Source: Calditrichota bacterium | Lineage (GTDB): Bacteria; Electryoneota; B3-LCP | Assembly: GCA_020051775.1 (NCBI GenBank) | Contig: JAGVQJ010000163.1 | Span: 2,928 to 66,927 of the forward strand | Length of the DNA stretch: 64,000 nucleotides | Direction: 5' to 3' | Shown here: in pieces, positions 43,897-54,023 of the stretch | Position numbering within the stretch: position 1 is the first letter of the stretch | Layout of the letters: each line of letters starts with the position of its first letter | Translations under genes and position numbers: made by a program | The notes under the pieces: model-generated | Databases searched by the model: none | The model's input: the letters and a program-made list of their open reading frames with translations, nothing else | What the model was told of the DNA's origin: nothing

Positions 43897-45554
43897 CTCT
43901 GATCGCTTGCCTCAGCTTGAGTCTATTCATTAATACGCGGACGGGATATGCTCAGGGCGATGAATTTGCTGCTCCCTGGCGATTGGAATCCTTCGATCCC
44001 GGCGAATTTGAAATCCCCGATTCAATCAGCATAGATGAATTCGACTCATCGGCCTGGACTTCATCCGTCATTCACGATTCGACCTCTTACAATTTACGTA
44101 TAACATTGAAATATCAACAGGCGATTTTAGGTAAAAATCAGAGTATCAGACCTTACCGATTTGGGCCTAAATTCTCTATGGCCGGTAGTGATCAAGTTTT
44201 TTTAGGGTTGGCACTGGAGAAGGATCCCGGTGAGGCGCATTTCTGGGATCATTCTGCCTTGACTGCGAGTCTTCCTTTACCTAATAATATCGGGAAAATT
44301 ATCCTCGGTGATTATCTGGTTGGCTACGGGTGCGGGTTAGTCATCCGAACAGCGCGCAATTGGGGGCTGGGTCGCGACATTCGATCTAACCTGCAATTCA
44401 GAGCTCAAGGCGTTAAACCATACAACGGCTGGGGAGAAGATTTGGCCTTACGGGGCGCAGCCATCGAATTGAGTCGTGATGATTCATATTTGTCTTTTTG
44501 GGGGTCCAGTCGAGAAAGAGGCGTTATACTCGATACCAATGACGTAATACAATCGTTCAGTTCATCATCTAACACCAGTAGCCGGGAGGAAGGTTGGGGC
44601 GCGCGATTTAATCATAGGTTTTTATCTCGCTATATGACCATCGGACTGGCATATAGCGCGACAAATTGGGACCGAAAACAGCACCTCAGTAGCACACCTT
44701 CAAATCGTAACGGAGTGGGAGGCTTGGATTTGTTCTGGTCGGACGACTCTCTGGCGGTTATGGCTGAAACCGCTTGGGATGATCATGGTGACCAGGCTAC
44801 GATGGCCAAATTGGATTGGCGCCTAAATCACTTCCGCATTCAGCAGGCCATTTATTCACTGGATCCGAATTACTCGGCTCCAATGGCTTCGAGTTTTGAT
44901 ATGGGACCAGGAGAGGTCGCCAATCGGCAGGGTAGTTACAGCGGTCTGGCTTATCGTATTCGCGGGACAGCCCTTTCAGGTTTCATGCACTTATATCGCT
45001 ATCCTTATCGTTCAGTTGGCCAGAGCTGGGGTGGGGAGGATGTGTGCCTGAGTGTGGAAGAAACTTCTGTCAGACGCGCACGTTTCGTGCTGGTTTCAAG
45101 ATGGCTGCAAGAACAAGAATCCGATACACTGATTCAGATCCAGCGCTGGCGCGGTTCTGGCTTGGCTGCCTTCAATCCCTCCGCAGATTGGAAATTAACA
45201 GCAGTAATTAATCTGTGTTCCAGTGAGATGTCTAACGAGCTGGGCCAGATGCTGCGTTTGGAAATGTCCCGAATCATCAGGATTGATTTGACTGCTGGGT
45301 TGACGTTTTCTCTGGGGGCGGGTATCTATCAGGCGCAGGATTATTCTGTGCGTTTATACTGGAATGAAGCTGAACCCAGCGCAAGTTATCGGGTACGACC
45401 GCTTTGGGGTAGAGGAGAAGCAGCACAAATTTGCATTAACGGGTGGAGAAACCATTGGGGCCAGGTTGATTTATCTTGGTGGTATGACCAGCCCGAACCA
45501 GAAAGTGCTCGGAAGTGCACTAAGGAGATATCCGTAACCTATCGCTACCCATAG
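43869..45554 (+). CDS. Large uncharacterised secreted/outer-membrane protein
   Basis: Signal peptide ...INTRTGYAQG. Contains LGDYLVGYGCGLVIRT, reminiscent of the barrel portion of Bacteroidota helix-hairpin-helix-domain outer-membrane proteins. Beta-rich, ends ...ISVTYRYP. Overlaps the upstream gene by 28 nt. Confidence 0.45.
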   Translation: MLRNRPDFLTLIACLSLSLFINTRTGYAQGDEFAAPWRLESFDPGEFEIPDSISIDEFDSSAWTSSVIHDSTSYNLRITLKYQQAILGKNQSIRPYRFGPKFSMAGSDQVFLGLALEKDPGEAHFWDHSALTASLPLPNNIGKIILGDYLVGYGCGLVIRTARNWGLGRDIRSNLQFRAQGVKPYNGWGEDLALRGAAIELSRDDSYLSFWGSSRERGVILDTNDVIQSFSSSSNTSSREEGWGARFNHRFLSRYMTIGLAYSATNWDRKQHLSSTPSNRNGVGGLDLFWSDDSLAVMAETAWDDHGDQATMAKLDWRLNHFRIQQAIYSLDPNYSAPMASSFDMGPGEVANRQGSYSGLAYRIRGTALSGFMHLYRYPYRSVGQSWGGEDVCLSVEETSVRRARFVLVSRWLQEQESDTLIQIQRWRGSGLAAFNPSADWKLTAVINLCSSEMSNELGQMLRLEMSRIIRIDLTAGLTFSLGAGIYQAQDYSVRLYWNEAEPSASYRVRPLWGRGEAAQICINGWRNHWGQVDLSWWYDQPEPESARKCTKEISVTYRYP

Positions 45555-45659
45555 CTGTCTCCGTATTATGTTGTCCCGATAAAATCGCACTTTTTGATTG
45601 ATTTTCGGCTAAGAATTATTTAAGTTCTACTATGCATTCCATATCTTCATGGGGTTGTT

Positions 45660-46046
45660 ATGTCCGCTGAACCTACCGGACCGGTAATCTTGCTGGCGGA
45701 TGATGATGACGTAGTCCGTAATATGGGCCGAGATATTCTCCACATTCTGGGGTATCAGGTGCTCCTGGCCGGGAACGGAGACGAGCTGATAAACGTATAC
45801 GCAGAAAATAAAGCCCGGGTTGATATTATCATCCTTGACTGGCACATGCCGGGATTGACAGGTTTGGAAATACTCGAAAAACTTTGGCTTGTAAATCCCG
45901 CAGTAAAAATAATTTTAGCCTCCGGTCTGGGGCAACCGCGCGAGATTGACGCCATCTCGAAATCAGGACATCAGATCTCTTTGCTACAAAAACCGTATTT
46001 GGTGAAGGATCTACAAAGCGAAATTTCTCGCCTGCTCAAAACATAG
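45660..46046 (+). CDS. Stand-alone response-regulator receiver (CheY-like)
   Basis: LLADDDD acidic pocket, phospho-acceptor context IIILDWHMPG, ILASG, and conserved Lys in LLQKPY. No output domain. Confidence 0.85.
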   Translation: MSAEPTGPVILLADDDDVVRNMGRDILHILGYQVLLAGNGDELINVYAENKARVDIIILDWHMPGLTGLEILEKLWLVNPAVKIILASGLGQPREIDAISKSGHQISLLQKPYLVKDLQSEISRLLKT

Positions 46047-46122
46047 GCCCTCTTTAACCTACGTATTTACCACTAACGCTTTGACCATTATAACTCGACT
46101 CACTCCTGGCCGAAACTCCCTC

Positions 46123-47013
46123 ATGATAATAAACTGGTTACGCTTGTGTGCGTTCGCCGCAGTCTGGTTCCTAATCACACCAGCTTGGAGTGCCGATCCC
46201 CATCCCGCTTTTCGAAAACTTGCCGGTCGCTTGATCTGCGATGGCTGGGATTCCACACGAATAACCTCGATCTTTCAGGACGAACGCCTGCAATTCCTGC
46301 CGAAATTGATTCCTCTAAATGCCATTGAACGCGAAATCCCTGACATCTATCAGCAATTTTTGTCCGGCGCCGCCATAAAAGATGGATTCCAATTCTTGAA
46401 AGCGAACGAGGATGAAATACAGTCAATCCTGCAGGGAAGCGGCATCTCGCCGCAAGTTGCTGTAGCTATCTTAAAAGTTGAATCCGATTTGGGTCGAAAA
46501 CCCGGAACTCATTCTATATTCTCGTCTTTAGCCACCATAACTCTGTTAGCCGATTCCTTGCAATGGCTGGCCGATTACGATACCAGCGGGGGCGCTAATC
46601 TGGAGGCTATGGAACGACGTGCAGTGCGGCGGTCGAAGTGGGCGTATAAGGAATTGGGATGCTTTCTACACGCGTGCGAGCGGGAAAATTGGGACCCTTT
46701 TGGAATCAAAGGCTCTTGGGCTGGAGCTTTCGGCTGGGCACAGTTCTTACCTTCCAGCCACTTGCTTTTCGCTCGCGATGGAGATGGAGACGGGATCATC
46801 AATCCCTATACTTTATCGGATGCCTTAGCCAGCATAACCTGCTTCCTGAAAGGTGCTGGTTGGCGAGACCGAGCAGTATCACAGCGCCGCGCTTTGATGC
46901 AATACAATCCCAGCACGGCTTATGTGGATTGTATCATGGAATATACTCAAAATCTCAGGCAGATGGAAAACCAGATCCCTATTGAGGCTGATGATGCGGG
47001 GTTCGGACGTTAA
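46123..47013 (+). CDS. Lytic murein transglycosylase (MltB/SLT_2 family)
   Basis: ILKVESDLG (catalytic Glu context), GSWAGAFGWAQFLPSS and DGDGDGIINPY are typical of MltB-like enzymes. The signal peptide begins at ATG 46123. Confidence 0.8.
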   Translation: MIINWLRLCAFAAVWFLITPAWSADPHPAFRKLAGRLICDGWDSTRITSIFQDERLQFLPKLIPLNAIEREIPDIYQQFLSGAAIKDGFQFLKANEDEIQSILQGSGISPQVAVAILKVESDLGRKPGTHSIFSSLATITLLADSLQWLADYDTSGGANLEAMERRAVRRSKWAYKELGCFLHACERENWDPFGIKGSWAGAFGWAQFLPSSHLLFARDGDGDGIINPYTLSDALASITCFLKGAGWRDRAVSQRRALMQYNPSTAYVDCIMEYTQNLRQMENQIPIEADDAGFGR

Positions 47014-47042
47014 ATTGATAACATTTTAGGGATTAGTCCTTC

Positions 47043-48590
47043 GTGCACTTGATTCGTCACATCGCTCCGCTTTTGTTGTTGGTGATGATAGTCAGCAACG
47101 CTACCGGCGCAGAAAGTCTCACCCTCAAATTCCCCCAGGGCCCTTTCCCGCAAGCCAAGCTCTCTCTGCTTAATCATAATTCCATGAGTTACGTAGATTT
47201 AACCGCATTCACACAGGCTCTGAATTTGCAGAATTACATTAATACCGAAAGACATAAACTACAAATTACGGTCGGTTCGACCCGCTTGAAATGGACCGCA
47301 GATAATCCCTTCGTAGTCGTTGGACAGAAAGTTGTACAACTTCCCGCGCGAACGCTATGCAGGGAGGATCGTTTTTGGGTCCCACTGGAAGCATTCGTGC
47401 AAATACTAAGACAGGTTTATCCGGCCAAAATCTATATTGATTTAAACACTGCCGTACTAACGATTTTACCCAGTAACTTTGAAGTGTTCGGCATCCAATA
47501 TGATCAGAAGGAGAACGGCACATTAGTAAGAATTCTGTGTACGCGAAAGATAGCGTTTTCTCCGCCTACCATGCGGGATAACACCCTAAGCCTCATTCTG
47601 CCCGAAGTTAAAGTTGACATTGAAGCCCTGACCAAGATCCTACCAATCGGAGTTGTTGACAGTTTATATGCGCAACAAAGCGCGGGAACCTGCCAATTGA
47701 CTTTCAAACTGGCTGCACCGGTGCTGCAGCAATCTTCATGGCAGGAAGATGACACTCACCAGATTGTCCTTTCGCTGGTTACGAAAATAATGGGAGCTTC
47801 GCCAGAAACGTTGAGTGAGAACACGGACGTGGACTTTGACGAGATCAATCTGGATTTAGCGCGGGAACAGGAAAAATGGAAAATTGATTGCGTGGTCATA
47901 GATCCGGGGCACGGTGGCAAAGACCCCGGTGCTATCGGTCCGACGGGCTTGCAGGAAAAAGAAGTTACTTTAGCTATTGCGCTCCGTCTAAAAGGGCTTT
48001 TAGAAAAAATTCCTGATCTTAAGGTAATCATGACACGCATGGATGATCGCTCAGTGGGATTGAACCAACGCACCCGACTGGCCAACCAGAAAGGAGGTAA
48101 ATTATTCATCTCGATCCATTGCAATTCACTATCTAAAGGTTCCGCCACTGGCTTCGAAACCTACTTCCTGAAGCCGGCCAGAAACGAGAGAGCCATGGCA
48201 GTGGCTTTACGAGAAAACGCTGTGATCAGGTACGAAGAGACGCACAACGAATACCAGGAGCTTAACAATGAAAATTTCATTCTACTAACTATGGCGCAGA
48301 GTGAATTTGCGCGTGAAAGCGAGTATCTGGCGGGTATCGTGCAGACCCGCATGCGTATGAGCACAGGTTTGAAGGACCGTGGTGTGGATCAAGCCGGATT
48401 TTTCGTCCTGGTCAATGCCTCCATGCCGGCGATTTTAGTGGAAACAGCTTTTCTCTCCACAAGGCGCGAGGAGAAATTGCTTCGTACCAAGAAATTTCGC
48501 CAGCAAGTCGCGCAAGCACTCTATGACAGCGTCTTGGAATTTCAACGAAAAACGCATTCCAAAGCTGAAGATGCATCTTTCAGTCGTTAA
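47043..48590 (+). CDS. N-acetylmuramoyl-L-alanine amidase (Amidase_3, AmiC-like) with a long N-terminal domain
   Basis: VVIDPGHGGKDPGAIG, SIHCNS and PAILVETAFLS motifs in the C-terminal half, with an N-terminal signal peptide. Confidence 0.88.
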   Translation: MHLIRHIAPLLLLVMIVSNATGAESLTLKFPQGPFPQAKLSLLNHNSMSYVDLTAFTQALNLQNYINTERHKLQITVGSTRLKWTADNPFVVVGQKVVQLPARTLCREDRFWVPLEAFVQILRQVYPAKIYIDLNTAVLTILPSNFEVFGIQYDQKENGTLVRILCTRKIAFSPPTMRDNTLSLILPEVKVDIEALTKILPIGVVDSLYAQQSAGTCQLTFKLAAPVLQQSSWQEDDTHQIVLSLVTKIMGASPETLSENTDVDFDEINLDLAREQEKWKIDCVVIDPGHGGKDPGAIGPTGLQEKEVTLAIALRLKGLLEKIPDLKVIMTRMDDRSVGLNQRTRLANQKGGKLFISIHCNSLSKGSATGFETYFLKPARNERAMAVALRENAVIRYEETHNEYQELNNENFILLTMAQSEFARESEYLAGIVQTRMRMSTGLKDRGVDQAGFFVLVNASMPAILVETAFLSTRREEKLLRTKKFRQQVAQALYDSVLEFQRKTHSKAEDASFSR

Positions 48591-48690
48591 TCCGAGGAAC
48601 TTTTAATATCGGCGATGGTTAGCTAATTGCATCCAATCGTGCGGAAAACAATCCGCATCAACATCTCCAATTAAGCGTTGCTCCTTCCCC

Positions 48691-49557
48691 GTGGTGACAC
48701 CCCAGATTGATCTAAATAATGAAGCCGCCTACCGACCTATAGGCATATTCGACTCGGGTATAGGCGGATTAACCGTTGCACGACAAGTCATGCGCCGCCT
48801 GCCGGGCGAATCCATCGTCTATTTCGGCGACACGGCCAGAGTGCCGTACGGCAGCAAATCGGATCGCACGGTACGGGAATTTGCCTGGGAAGATAGCCTG
48901 TTTCTGCTAGGGCACGGCATCAAATTGCTGGTTGTGGCTTGCAATACCGCTTCAGCGGTAGCACTGGACGAATTAACCCGCTATCTACGTGTACCCGTAT
49001 TGGGCGTCATCGAACCGGGCGCGCGCGCCGGCGTAGAAAGATCACGCAACGGACGGATCGGAGTCATCGGGACACAGGCCACAGTAGATTCACGGGCCTA
49101 TGAGAAAGCGATCCAGGGACTTAATCCCAAATTAGCCGTCTATTCCACCTCTTGTCCTTTATTCGTACCTTTGGTTGAAGAGGGTTGGATAGAAGGCGAA
49201 GTTCCAGAGCTTATCGCGAAACAATACTTAACGCCTCTTCTCGATGCTGGTATTGATTCCCTGATTTTGGGATGTACCCATTACCCGCTATTGAAACCTA
49301 TGCTGGCTAAAGTTCTTGGCCCTGATATTGATTTAATTGATTCAGCCGAAGAGATTGCCCGGCAAGTTCAAGTGTTGCTCAATGATTCAAACGAGCTCAA
49401 TCCATCACAGCATGGCGTCCGACACTTCTTTGTTAGCGATTTGCCTCGTAGGTTCGAAGAATTGGGCAAGAGATTTTTAGGTGAACCCGTCGCCGGCATT
49501 TCCATCGCCGAACCTTGGAAACATTTCCGTCCTGCTCCATTGAAAGACCAGCCCTGA
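48691..49557 (+). CDS. murI: Glutamate racemase
   Basis: IGIFDSGIGGLTV, VVACNTAS and ILGCTHYP motifs (both catalytic Cys present). Confidence 0.95.
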   Translation: MVTPQIDLNNEAAYRPIGIFDSGIGGLTVARQVMRRLPGESIVYFGDTARVPYGSKSDRTVREFAWEDSLFLLGHGIKLLVVACNTASAVALDELTRYLRVPVLGVIEPGARAGVERSRNGRIGVIGTQATVDSRAYEKAIQGLNPKLAVYSTSCPLFVPLVEEGWIEGEVPELIAKQYLTPLLDAGIDSLILGCTHYPLLKPMLAKVLGPDIDLIDSAEEIARQVQVLLNDSNELNPSQHGVRHFFVSDLPRRFEELGKRFLGEPVAGISIAEPWKHFRPAPLKDQP

Positions 49558-50840
49558 TGCCCCCACCATCTTGGGAAGATTTTTATTCGCTGCAACGATT
49601 CGGGATGACCCCGGATTTAAACAACATTTTACACTTTTGTGAGAGACTGGGGCATCCGGAATCATCCTTCCCCAGCATACATATTGGTGGTACCAACGGC
49701 AAGGGCAGCGTTACGGCGCTTGTTGATTCCATTTTACGCTGCTCCGGTTATCATGTCGGCATGTACACCTCACCCCATATTCGCCATTTCGAGGAACGGA
49801 TCCGAGTAGATGGAAAATTGATCGAGGAAACGGAGGTTTTTACCTTTTTACAGCGGCATTGGGATTTCATTCAGGAGAATCACTGCACGTTTTTTGAAGT
49901 CGCCACGGCTATGGCCTTTGACTATTTTCGTTCGCGCAACGTAAATGTCGCTGTGGTGGAAGTTGGACTGGGAGGGACTTATGACGCAACGCGCGTAGTT
50001 TCATCACTTCTTTCCATCATCACGCACATTGATTACGATCACATGGATCGGCTTGGTAATACGTTGGAAAAGATCGCCGCAGATAAAGCGGGTATTTTTC
50101 GATCGAAGCAACTGTCACTCACTGGCAACCAACGACCGGAAATTCTGGACGTACTAAAAGATAGGGCGAGGGAAATCGGCACGAATCTCCATGAGGCCGA
50201 ATCACTTATCTCCCTGGCTTCGCTGACCACCACGCCAAGGCATAATTCTGGAACAGCCACCCTGAAAAAAGTACCGCTGCCTCTAACAATTAATCGCTGG
50301 AAATGCCCTCTAACCGGCGAGCATCAAAAGCATAATATCAGATTAGCCCTGGCTGCCGGCCTTTTACTCATGGATTATTTCCCCGGTATTACACCAGAAA
50401 CATTATCATCAGGAATAAGCGCGGTCAACTGGCCCGGCCGATTGCAGCCAATTCGCCATCGTCCGTGGTTGGTTTTGGATGTTGGACACAATCCCGGCGC
50501 CATATCCGCCACACTGGAAAGCATTCATAAAATTTGGAAGCATTCGACTGTACACGTGATCTTTAGCGCGCTACGTGACAAAGACATCCCCTCCATGATT
50601 TCCTGTCTCAAATTCGAGACCGGGTTCGCCTCCGTAGTACCTTTGCCACCCCCCCGTGGATTGAGTAGGGAAGAGATCTCTGCGCTGGCACGTGAATCAG
50701 AATGGAACGCGCATTGTTTTGACAGCGTCGAACAAGCTCTTCTCAAGGCTTCATCCGTCGCGGGGCCACAGGATGTCATACTTGTCATCGGATCGCATTA
50801 TCTAGCAGCGGAAGTTCTAAAAATCCAAAATATATCTTGA
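49557..50840 (+). CDS. folC: Bifunctional folylpolyglutamate synthase / dihydrofolate synthase
   Basis: HIGGTNGKGS P-loop, YTSPHI and VVEVGLGGTYDATR motifs. ATG 49557 overlaps the murI stop; the track ORF starts at 49515. Confidence 0.9.
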   Translation: MPPPSWEDFYSLQRFGMTPDLNNILHFCERLGHPESSFPSIHIGGTNGKGSVTALVDSILRCSGYHVGMYTSPHIRHFEERIRVDGKLIEETEVFTFLQRHWDFIQENHCTFFEVATAMAFDYFRSRNVNVAVVEVGLGGTYDATRVVSSLLSIITHIDYDHMDRLGNTLEKIAADKAGIFRSKQLSLTGNQRPEILDVLKDRAREIGTNLHEAESLISLASLTTTPRHNSGTATLKKVPLPLTINRWKCPLTGEHQKHNIRLALAAGLLLMDYFPGITPETLSSGISAVNWPGRLQPIRHRPWLVLDVGHNPGAISATLESIHKIWKHSTVHVIFSALRDKDIPSMISCLKFETGFASVVPLPPPRGLSREEISALARESEWNAHCFDSVEQALLKASSVAGPQDVILVIGSHYLAAEVLKIQNIS

Positions 50841-50865
50841 CTTTGACGGGATGATTGTCTATATT
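50837..50865 (+). promoter_or_regulatory. Sigma70-type promoter of rho (TTGACT-17-TATATT)
   Basis: TTGACT at 50837-50842 (overlapping the folC stop codon), a 17-nt spacer, TATATT at 50860-50865. Confidence 0.55.
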
Positions 50866-51035
50866 CCAGATGTGCTGCTGCCTCGGCACGCTTCCTTATT
50901 AATCCCCAATGAAATAATCAACCACCCGGCGACATAGACCCTCGATACTAATTTTTACGGTCGAGCCGCACAAGGCCAGACCATCGTTCCAAACAATCCA
51001 GCAATCCACCTGAAATTAATTTACTCTAAAAAGAA

Positions 51036-52358
51036 GTGTCAAAGACAATGCAAGAGCCAATCGTCAATCAGAATGAAGCGCCGACCAAGCCACCCAGCGC
51101 TCGGATGGATCTCGTCGAACTCAAAGGGATGAAGATCGCTGAACTGAACAAGCTGGCTAAAGATCTGGATATTGAGGATTACTCCGGGATGCCGCGACAA
51201 GATCTGATTTTCAAGATTCTGGAGCGTCAAACCGAGAAAGATGGACTGATGTTCGCCCAGGGGGTTCTTGAAATCCTTCCAGACGGCTACGGATTCCTGC
51301 GATCTTCTACCGCTAATTACTTACCCGGACCGGATGACATCTACGTCTCGCCCTCGCAGATCAAACGCTTTGGTCTCCGTAAAGGTGTTAATGTTTCCGG
51401 TCAGATCCGCCCCCCTAAAGACAACGAGCGCTTTTTTGCACTCCTAAAGGTCGAGGCAGTAAACCACGAAAACCCAGAAGAAACGCGCGATAAAATTCTA
51501 TTTGATAATCTGACGCCTCTTTATCCTCAGGAGAAATTCAAATTAGAACTCGATCCCAAGGATTTCTCCACGCGCATCATGGATATTTTCACCCCGTTGG
51601 GAAAAGGGCAACGCGGTCTGATCGTAGCGCCACCACGGACTGGGAAGACAATTCTACTGCAGAAAATCGCCAACTCACTTGCCAAGAATCACCCCGAAGT
51701 CAAGCTGATTGTCCTGTTGATTGACGAACGGCCTGAAGAAGTTACCGACATGGAGCGCACTGTACAGGGGGAGGTAGTCAGCTCCACTTTCGATGAAAAG
51801 CCAGAACGTCACATTCAAGTTTCCACCATGGTTATTGAGAAGGCCAAGCGATTGGTGGAATACAAGCATGATGTGGTCATCCTGCTGGATAGCATAACCC
51901 GTTTAGCCAGAGCGCATAATGCCGTCAGCCCTCATTCGGGACGCATTCTATCCGGCGGTATGGATGCCACGGCCCTCTACGAACCCAAGCGCTTCTTCGG
52001 TGCTGCACGCAACATCGAGGAGGGCGGCAGTTTGACGATCATTGCCACTGCGCTAATTGAAACCGGCAGTCGTATGGATGACGTGATTTTCGAAGAATTC
52101 AAAGGCACCGGCAATATGGAATTGGTGCTGGATCGTAAGCTAGCCGATATTCGACTCTTCCCGGCTATGGACATCAACCGGTCCGGTACCCGAAAAGAAG
52201 AGCTGCTGCTTAAGGACGATGTGCTGAACAAAATCTGGATTCTGCGTAACCTGCTGGCGGACTCCAACTCCATCGAAACCATGCGGTTCATTCTCGAGAA
52301 AATGCGCAGCACAAAATCGAACGATGATTTTTTCAATATCATGAAAAACGGGGGATAA
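51036..52358 (+). CDS. rho: Transcription termination factor Rho
   Basis: [21 protein letters not shown] (Rho N-terminal helix bundle), GYGFLR, P-loop APPRTGKT and LIDERPEEV. The start may be GTG 51036, ATG 51048 or ATG 51105. Confidence 0.93.
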   Translation: MSKTMQEPIVNQNEAPTKPPSARMDLVELKGMKIAELNKLAKDLDIEDYSGMPRQDLIFKILERQTEKDGLMFAQGVLEILPDGYGFLRSSTANYLPGPDDIYVSPSQIKRFGLRKGVNVSGQIRPPKDNERFFALLKVEAVNHENPEETRDKILFDNLTPLYPQEKFKLELDPKDFSTRIMDIFTPLGKGQRGLIVAPPRTGKTILLQKIANSLAKNHPEVKLIVLLIDERPEEVTDMERTVQGEVVSSTFDEKPERHIQVSTMVIEKAKRLVEYKHDVVILLDSITRLARAHNAVSPHSGRILSGGMDATALYEPKRFFGAARNIEEGGSLTIIATALIETGSRMDDVIFEEFKGTGNMELVLDRKLADIRLFPAMDINRSGTRKEELLLKDDVLNKIWILRNLLADSNSIETMRFILEKMRSTKSNDDFFNIMKNGG

Positions 52359-52385
52359 AAGATCGTTCATCCCTGTAAATACAAT

Positions 52386-52413
52386 GCGCCGGAGATACAC
52401 TCCGGCGCTTTTC
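52386..52413. terminator. Bidirectional rho-independent terminator between rho (+) and cdaA (-)
   Basis: Stem GCGCCGGA (52386-52393) pairs with TCCGGCGC (52401-52408), loop GATACAC, followed by TTTTC. Confidence 0.75.
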
Positions 52414-52432
52414 ATTTGCAACATTAGTATTG

Positions 52433-53308
52433 CTAATCTGTCGCTCCCCTGGAATTAAACACCCTTTGACTGTCCTCTGTTACGATGGCTTCACCCGTCC
52501 CTCCCATTTCCTGCTGGTTCAAAGATACCTTTTCGTGCTCATGATGCCGCAGCAGCAATTTCTGGAGAAGTTGTTTGAGCTCATCCGGTGTCAAGTCGCG
52601 TCCAAAGAAGCGGCCATCATGCACTAATGAGACCCTTCCGGTCTCTTCTGAAACCACGATAACTACCGAATCGGATTCCTCGCTTACTCCCAAGGCCGCG
52701 CGATGGCGAGTGCCCAGTGATTGATCCATGCTGGGGTTATCGGATAAGGGTAATATGCAGCGAGCGGCTTCTACAATCTCTCCTTTAATGACTACGGCAC
52801 CGTCGTGCAGTGGTGTGCGGGGGAAAAAGATGGAAACGATCAAGTCGGCGGTGACGTCGGCGCGAATCAGCACGCCCGTTTCGATGATCCCGCGAACCCC
52901 AGTTTCGCCTTGAATCACGATCAAGCCGCCGTATCGTTTCTGGGATAGAGTGGCCACTGCTTTGACAATTTCATCCAGTGTCGAAGTTTCCCGCTCCTTG
53001 ACCAGAGCGCGCAACAGCCGCGTCTGGCCCAGTTGAATCAGCAAGCGGCGAAGTTCCGGCTGAAAGATGATGACGAACGCAATAACCCATACGGTAGTGA
53101 TGGATTGGATCAGCCAGGACATCCCCTGCATTCCCAGTAATTGGACAAAAAAGGAAATCATAAAAATCAGGATCAAACCCGCAAACATCTGCGAGGCGCG
53201 AGTGCCTCGCATGATCTTGTAGAGTTGGTAGAATACAAAATAAACCGCCAGAATATCCAGCGCATCTACCAGTGTGAATCTCAGAAATCCAATCCGAAAT
53301 AGTTCCAT
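52433..53308 (-). CDS. cdaA: Diadenylate cyclase CdaA (membrane-anchored DisA_N/DAC domain)
   Basis: Three N-terminal transmembrane helices, then GGLIVI, TPLHDGAVVI and GTRHRAALG motifs. Confidence 0.9.
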   Translation of the reverse strand: MELFRIGFLRFTLVDALDILAVYFVFYQLYKIMRGTRASQMFAGLILIFMISFFVQLLGMQGMSWLIQSITTVWVIAFVIIFQPELRRLLIQLGQTRLLRALVKERETSTLDEIVKAVATLSQKRYGGLIVIQGETGVRGIIETGVLIRADVTADLIVSIFFPRTPLHDGAVVIKGEIVEAARCILPLSDNPSMDQSLGTRHRAALGVSEESDSVVIVVSEETGRVSLVHDGRFFGRDLTPDELKQLLQKLLLRHHEHEKVSLNQQEMGGTGEAIVTEDSQRVFNSRGATD

Positions 53309-53327
53309 AAGCAACTCTAAATTATGA

Positions 53328-53996
53328 TCATTTTGTTATTGGGAATGGGTAGAAATACTCAGGCTCCGAAGCTTTCAGGTCATCGCACTGAGCATCCAAA
53401 TAGCGCCTCTCGGCTAATCGCGCAGTACTTATCACGAGTGGCTCCAGCGATTCGGTCTCATCTATGACCAGACGGCGGCTGGCAAACGAACTTACCAAGG
53501 CGTCATAGTGGCGCTCAAAGCCCTCACCACATAGAAAAACTGAACCATGGATCACCTCGCTCAATTTAGCCACCTCGCAAACGGAATAATCGCTCTGCTG
53601 TTTCCAGCTCCTCTCTTCATACTCGTATAACACCCAATAAACCTCGCTGGCGCGCGCCGGCATTAGCGGCACCACTCTCTTCAATCGTGCCGGCACTCCA
53701 GCCGCTAATCCTTCCAAGGTAGGTACGGTAATCAGCGGCAATTGTTGTGACCAGCATAGGCCCTTGGCGACAGCCATCCCCACCCGCAGGCCGGTAAAGG
53801 ATCCCGGTCCCGAAGATACTGCCACAGCCTTCAGATTTGACAACTGAAAATGGTTGCGTTGCAGCAGATCACGAAGTCGGCTCAGGAGCACTTCATTGTG
53901 CCGCAAGTTATCCCGAGTTTCAGTATAATCCAGGAGTTTGCCGTTCCACAATGCGAGTCCACAGCGTTGTCCACTGGTATCTATGGCAAGAATCAT
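53328..53996 (-). CDS. tsaB: tRNA t6A37 biosynthesis protein TsaB
   Basis: MILAIDTSG...LAL and VSSGPGSFTGLRVG motifs. Confidence 0.88.
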   Translation of the reverse strand: MILAIDTSGQRCGLALWNGKLLDYTETRDNLRHNEVLLSRLRDLLQRNHFQLSNLKAVAVSSGPGSFTGLRVGMAVAKGLCWSQQLPLITVPTLEGLAAGVPARLKRVVPLMPARASEVYWVLYEYEERSWKQQSDYSVCEVAKLSEVIHGSVFLCGEGFERHYDALVSSFASRRLVIDETESLEPLVISTARLAERRYLDAQCDDLKASEPEYFYPFPITK

Positions 53997-54023
53997 TTAT
54001 CTTTAGGAGAAGAGTCAGTAAAA

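Noticed and set aside
47756-48148. A 130-aa minus-strand ORF within the amidase gene.
   Set aside because: It is antisense to the conserved Amidase_3 catalytic region and has no independent support.
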